From the NCBI GenBank assembly GCA_013239625.1, contig MU053933.1:3463817-3527816 (forward strand): a stretch of DNA of 64,000 bases, written 5' to 3'. Made by a program: the position numbers and the translations under genes. The notes beneath the pieces are model-generated. The model worked only from the letters and a program-made list of their open reading frames with translations. It made no database searches and had not been told where the DNA came from. The DNA comes from Lama guanicoe (Eukaryota). This document shows positions 58,490-64,000 of the stretch, piece by piece (position 1 is the stretch's first letter; every line of letters begins with the position of its first letter).

Positions 58490-58820
58490 GCCTCAGTCTG
58501 TCCAGGCTGCTGTGGCTGATGCCAGAGACCTGGCGGCCCAGCTGCTGGAGGCATTTCTAACATGGTCCTGGCGGCGGAATCCAAGGTGAGGACGCCAGCT
58601 GAGCTGCCTCCTAGCAGGAGCCGCTGTCGGGTCACAGGCGCCTTCTCTCTGGGCCGTCCGTCCCATGTAGGAGGGCAGGAGCTCGTGGGCCCCTTTACCA
58701 TCAAGGCATGAACCCCATTGGGCCACACCCCAGCACCAGCATCTGGATCCTGGAGGCACAGATGTTACTGAGACACACAAATTTAGAGACGCATGAGGCC
58801 CCAGTGCTTCCCGGGACCCT
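58490..58820. mobile_element. Degraded MaLR (MLT1-like) LTR, approximate ends
   Basis: Recalled MaLR motifs agtctgtccaggctgctgt, tccaaggtgaggacgccagc and aaggcatgaaccccatt. Confidence 0.45.
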
Positions 58821-59810
58821 GCTGCTGCCACCCTCCCTTCTGATTGCTGACTTTCACTCCCAGACCTCCTGTTCTCTGTTTTCATCCCTGAAAATGCTGT
58901 GTGTTCTCATTTGCAGGCCTTCCTGTTACTGTAGCACACAAGGATTCAGGTTTGTGAGAACAAACGCGTTATTTCTGTGATGCGCTGTGTTTGCGTCGGG
59001 TTTTGGAAAGTTTTTACTAAAGAAGAAAAGTGCTTCAGAGCTTTTGTGGCAAACGGTTACATAAAACGGTAACTTTGATCTTCAGTATTCAGCACGTAAA
59101 AGCGGGCAGGCGTCAGTCTCATGATGCTTACGCTGCTGCTGCAGGGACCACGTCTTGCGATGCTTGTCCTTGGGCGGGGGCCTGCGCTTGGCCCGGGAGC
59201 CTCCCGACTCTGGACTCAGCCCTAGCGTGGCCTCTGTGGCTGCATGGACGCCTCTCCTCAGTCCTGAAGGTGGTGCTGACACACGAGCCCTCGTTTTGAG
59301 TCCCCAAGGGCTGGGAATGACGTTGCTCTGGCTGCATGTTTAAGCCTGATTTACCATAGTTGCTGACTTACTAGCATGGAATTTTATTGAGAATGTTATA
59401 TTAGTGGTGATGGTACTTTGTTATAAAAGATTGATTTTTACAAACTAAAATAATTAACTTTTGAAAGCTAATGACTTGTAGATACAAACTTATGAACTGA
59501 ATATTGCAGTTTCTGGGTAGTTTCAACATGTCAGGACCCACACAGGGAAAACCGTTTCCCCTAGGTGCTTATTAACCTGCAGTTTCCCCTTGGGTTGTGG
59601 CCTTGTCGTCCCCGGCTTAGTGAGCCCTGTGCTGGTGGCCAGTCTGCCAGGGACTGGGCTCCCTGGGGGCAGGTTTAATTCACAGTGTGTGTCTCCATAA
59701 TGGAGAGTGTATGTGACCTGGTCTGTCACTGGGGGACACCAAGATGTGTTCTCTTCTCAGGCTTTAAAAATGTGCATTTTAGCTGATTTTCATTTAAAAG
59801 GAGTAATTGA

Positions 59811-59950
59811 GGGGGAGGGTGGAGCTCGGTGGCAGAGTGTGTGCTCAGCATGCAGGAGGCCCTGGGTTCAGTCCCCAGTACCTCCATTAAAAACAAATGC
59901 ATAAGTAAACCTGATTACCTCCCCCCCAACACAAATAAGTAAATAAATAA
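59811..59950 (+). mobile_element. tRNA-derived SINE (camelid vic-1-like)
   Basis: gggggagggtggagctcggtggcagagtg...gggttcagtccccagtacctcc, AT-rich tail, decayed TSD taaaagg(a/t)gt. Confidence 0.85.
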
Positions 59951-60421
59951 AAGGTGTGGTTCTTCCCCCTCCCTTCCCTCTTGTGAACGCGCTCAGCATT
60001 GTTTCGGTGTGCATGTGTTGCGTTGAAGCGTGGTCAGCTCACAGCGCTGCGTCCGCGTCGGGGCAGCACAAGCTTCAGTCGTGCAGGGACACACGCATAC
60101 TCGTTTTCAGATCCTTCCGTCCGTGGGTCACTACCAGGCGTTGAGTGCAGCTCCCCGTGCTGCGCAGCGTGGGCTTGCTGTCTGTCTGCTCTTTACAGGC
60201 TAGTCAGTATCCGTTTCAGTGGGTGTTTGGCTGAGTCGTGGCTGTTTCCAGGCTGTGGGCTCGGCCTCTCTGGCGGCCGTGCGTCCTCAGTCAGGTCACA
60301 CGCCTGCAGGGGTAGGGGACGGGAGGGCTCGGGCTGCCCTGGCGGCTGGGTGCTCTGTGTTTCTGCGGGAACAGGCACCCTGAGCTCAGCTTGCGCCCGC
60401 CTGCTCTCTCTGCACCTGCAG

Positions 60422-60651
60422 CTCTTCGCAGGGAGGTGGATTCTCTCACAGAGGAGCAGTCGGAGGCCAGGAAGCAGTGTGAGAAGGACCGCTCGGCTCT
60501 GCTGGCGCAGATGCGGGTTCTGGAGGCCGAGCTGGAGGAGCAGCTCTCCAGGCACCAGGCGTGTGCCCGGCAGGCCGAGGAGCTCTCTGCCCTGAGTCAG
60601 CAGATGGGCTCTCTGGACAAGCAGCTGCGTCGCCAGCGGCAGTTCATGGAC
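60422..60651 (+). CDS. PCNT: Pericentrin exon 22 (ALRREVDSLTEEQ...EKDRSALL...QRQFMD)
   Basis: Acceptor tgcacctgcag|CT, donor GAC|gtaaga; 230 nt, phase 1/0. Confidence 0.96.
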
Positions 60652-61018
60652 GTAAGAGTTTTGATCTCTTTGGGGTCGAATTGTAGTGGGAACTTCTCCC
60701 CAGGTCCTTAAGTAACTTCTTCACTGTGACGTTAGGGTTAAGGTGCCCACGCTCCACTCCACAGCCCCGGCGTAGGACTGCGCGCCCAGCCCACCGCTGT
60801 CCAGGAGGCACCTGCAGCCCCGTGGCTCTGTCTTTCCATCCTGCCCACGTTTCAGAAGCCCCCTGGGTCCCCCGAGGGCCACCCTTTGATGGTGCCCGCA
60901 GCGAGGGACCCTTCTGCTCTCTCCCTTGAGATCCGCACTGGTCTTCTCGGGGCGGGGGTGTGTAGTGGGTGCCACGGTGCTCAGAGGAAAGGGTCCCAAC
61001 AGGCCATCTCTCTGACAG

Positions 61019-61135
61019 GAGCAGGCTGCGGAGAGGGAGCAGGAGCGCGAGGAGTTTCAGCAGGAGATTCTGAGGCTGGAGGAGCAGCTTCGGCAGGCAG
61101 CCAGGCTGCAGCCCCGGGGCCCCTGCGACAGCGAT
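61019..61135 (+). CDS. PCNT: Pericentrin exon 23 (EQAAEREQEREEFQQEILRLE...PCDSD)
   Basis: Acceptor ctctctgacag|GAG, donor GAT|gtgagt; 117 nt, phase 0/0. Confidence 0.95.
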
Positions 61136-61239
61136 GTGAGTCAGCCCCGCGCGCGGGTGTGTGCCTGTGGGGGGCTGTTCTCTGTGGCGGTATTAAACTT
61201 TATCTTTGCAAATGCTTTTCCTTCTGTGAGCAGCGACAG

Positions 61240-61260
61240 TGGACGCAGCTGGATGAGGAG
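61240..61260 (+). CDS. PCNT: Pericentrin micro-exon 24 (WTQLDEE; may instead start at 61234)
   Basis: Pyrimidine tract followed by gag-cag-cga-cag|TGG; donor GAG|gtaggg; corresponds to recalled human QAPLDGE. Confidence 0.75.
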
Positions 61261-61938
61261 GTAGGGAGCTCCGTGCTGGTGTCCGCCCGCCCGCCCGCTG
61301 CACGGCCACGCGGGGAGGGGTGCACAGGACCCTTCTCTCGGCTTGTCTGTCCTGCTTCCTCTGCCTGGGGCGGGATCTGCCCGCCGCCCCTGTCTGTTCA
61401 GCTGTGGTCGATGTGCTTATTCTTCTTGAGACGCAAACTTACTTTGAGACAATTGTGGATTCACTTGCAGCTGTAAGAAGTGAGACCCAGTCCCCCCTCT
61501 CCGTGGTGCCGTCCTGCAGAAGGTCAGGGCCTGGGCGGTCATGCAGACAGGAGACCGCAGGCCCTCGCTAACCTGGCCGCTCCCCGTAGCTTTGCAGTTT
61601 CTGTGCTGTTGTGCAAACGCATCGCAGATGTGTGGCCTTTGGAGGGTGGCTGTTCTCACACAGCCTGATTCTGGACACTGAGCCGGGCTGAGCTGCACCG
61701 CACCTGGCCCTTGTGATTGCTGAGGGGCGTCTGCTCCATACTGCCAAATTAAATTCTTTTACTAACAAAGTCTGTCTTTTTACTGGGAGAACTCCACCAC
61801 ACGCCCTCGCCAGGCCTTGCTATGCAGCTCGGGTCTGGAAAACCGCGTAGAGGTCGATTTCCTCGCAGTTTCGTTGTGCACTTTTTAACTTGGAAGATTT
61901 TTTTTCAATATTTATGAAGCATTTTTTGGTTGTTTTAG

Positions 61939-62145
61939 GTTGAATTGTTAGAAGAAAAATTGCGAGAAAAATCAGATGGACTTAATGAATTGATATTAAA
62001 GAAAGAATTGGCGGATAGACAAGTGCTAATCAAGGAAGAGGAGATTAGACGTCTCGAGGAGATGAACGCCAGCACCGCGAGGAGACTCGTGCAGCTCCAG
62101 GAAGACCTGGAGAGACAGAGGAGAACCGTGCAGGACCTGGAGCAG
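61939..62145 (+). CDS. PCNT: Pericentrin exon 25 (VELLEEKLREK...ADRQVLIKEEEIRRLEEMN...DLEQ); gene continues beyond the window
   Basis: Acceptor ttgttttag|GTT, donor CAG|gtgagc; 207 nt, phase 0/0. Confidence 0.96.
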
Positions 62146-62274
62146 GTGAGCACCCCGTTGTGCTCGGGGTGGGGGTCCCAGTGGGGTGTGCAGTTCTGGG
62201 GCGCTCCTGGTCCGTTGCTCTGTGGGGCTGAGCTGCAGAGCCCTGGCTCTGACCCCTGTGGGCACTCCTCGCCA

Positions 62275-62985
62275 CACTTACGACACTCGGGGCACCGGAG
62301 GTGAGGTCCCCCATCCTCAGCGACCCCCCTGGGTGTTCTGCAGCTTCGCTCCGCTCTGACACCGTCTTCCAGGAGGTGGCGTCAGACCCCACAACTTAAG
62401 GACTCAGACCCACAGGACTGCCCCTGCCCCCAGATGTCCATCTCAAGTCCAAGTGGTGTAGATCAAAGGGTCCCACAACCTCCTCGGGTCCAACGAATAC
62501 GGTAGAGTGGCTCTCAGAACTCAAGACATTTTTCTTACTAGATCAGCGGTTTATTAAAAAGAAGATACAACTGAGGAACAGCCAGATGAAAGAGGTGTGG
62601 AAGGCAGGGTGTGGGGAGGGGTGCACCAACCCAGAAGCCCGGGAGCCCGTCCTTTCAGGTTTTTGTGGAGACTTCCTCATGCAGCCATGATTGATTCACC
62701 CTTCAGCCCCCTCCCCCCGGAGGTCAGGGGCGAGATGAAAAGTTCTGACCCTTTAATCACATGGTTGGCTCACTTGCCCAGCAGCCCCCATCCTTAGGTG
62801 ACCTGGGGTCTCCCTGAACGTCCGCTCAGTACCACAGACTCAGATGTGGCAGGAGGGGCTTGTCACGAGTACTGAGGTGCCTTCATCACCGCCACTGCGC
62901 TGGAGACCCCAACGGTGTCAGGATTCCGTGCCAGGAGGTGGATGAAAACCAGTTGTGCGTCTCCTGTCCCATCCCAGCGTCACGC
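62275..62985. mobile_element. MER21-like LTR remnant, approximate ends; a short related piece lies at ~30050-30140
   Basis: Recalled MER21 motifs gcgtcagaccccaca...gactcagacccacaggactgcccc and gatacaactgaggaacagccagatg. Confidence 0.65.
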
Positions 62986-64000
62986 TTCGTGTGACAGTAG
63001 CGTGTACCACTTTGCGCCAGTTTTGTAGCGCTCCTCTACCTGACGAGCTTGTCCTTAGTGATAAAACGAATGATCAAGATTTTAGGCTGAAAAGCCTATT
63101 TCGTCAGATATTTTACGTGGAGCCCAGTTGTGATTAGTTCACTGAGCTAGGAGTTTACGTCAGTTCCTCGGTGATAACACCAACAGTGCTCGTTCTTCAC
63201 ATCGGAGCTTGGAACATGCCTCTGCGATGTTCAGACCTTGGCGTCCGAACGTTGGAGGGGAGGCGGGAAGTCTCAGCAAGGGGGGTGGGGGTGGGACGGC
63301 CTTTCTAGTCAGTGCCGCCCCCTCCTTCACGCATGTAGTCCGAGGGTATTGAAGTTTCTTGTATTTCGTGTCACTGGAGGTTTAAAGGTTACTTGGAAGT
63401 CTGAGGCTCAGGGAGAAACCTTATTTTGGAGCCACTGGTTTGGCCCTAAGAAAATCCTGCTTTAAGGACAGGAATTTTTATCGGGGTGTTTGGTTCTCGA
63501 AAATACTGCTGAGACCCATTGATGCAGCCAAGGCCCTCCTTGAGGACTTGCTGTCTGGGAAGGGTGCCCAGCACATCGGCCGCTCTGCCTGCGGGGGGCG
63601 TTCTGGCGGCTTCTTCCCCCAGCAGGCAGCAGTGCGGGTGTGGAAAACGCCTTCGTTTCCTCTTCAAAGCTGGACCACATGTACGAGTTTGGACGCCTGT
63701 TTCTTCCCCGCTTAGTATGTTGTGACCCTTTTATTCCTGTTGAAAGCTCCTTGAAACCTTTTTAAAGGGCTGTTAATATTCACTGTATGGCTGTCTTGTC
63801 AGCCACTGCCTTGTTCCTTGGCAAGTTCTTTCCAGTCTTTTTAAACCACTAACAGTCCTGAGACCATTTTGTACTTTTTGAGTAATTACTGAGGACAGCT
63901 TCTCGCGGCGGAGGCCCGGGTTTGCACTGTGGTCTGTCTGGGGTGCGCCTTCCACCAGGCAGACGTCTGCTCCGGAGTGTGGCTGGGCCTGTGGGTTGTG

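Noticed and set aside
59811..59885. tRNA gene
   Set aside because: A and B boxes are present, but it has a SINE tail and TSD, and degenerate copies occur elsewhere in the window.

Overview
This is GC/CpG-rich mammalian genomic DNA, most likely from a camelid (three copies of a tRNA-derived SINE resembling the camelid vic-1 type; no Alu, B1, Bov-tA, PRE1 or SINEC seen). It is not prokaryotic. The + strand carries the 5' half of pericentrin (PCNT). I traced 24 GT-AG coding exons from the ATG at 9358 to 62145; their phases join into one open frame of 4362 nt (1454 codons), and the gene continues past the window. The - strand carries four coding exons of the C21orf58 ortholog (927-4544), head-to-head with PCNT across a shared CpG island. 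Introns hold L1 fragments, a solo LTR with TSD, Tigger-type MITEs, MER21- and MaLR-like LTR pieces, a gapped minisatellite and a recent 481-bp tandem duplication. Exon numbers follow human PCNT from memory, and all human comparisons are recalled rather than aligned. I found no convincing new biological system. The best leads are an apparently lost PCNT exon 4, an in-frame retainable 87-nt intron beside the PLK1 site cluster, an in-frame cryptic donor in exon 7, a second promoter module in intron 1, and exon-like islands in introns 19 and 21.
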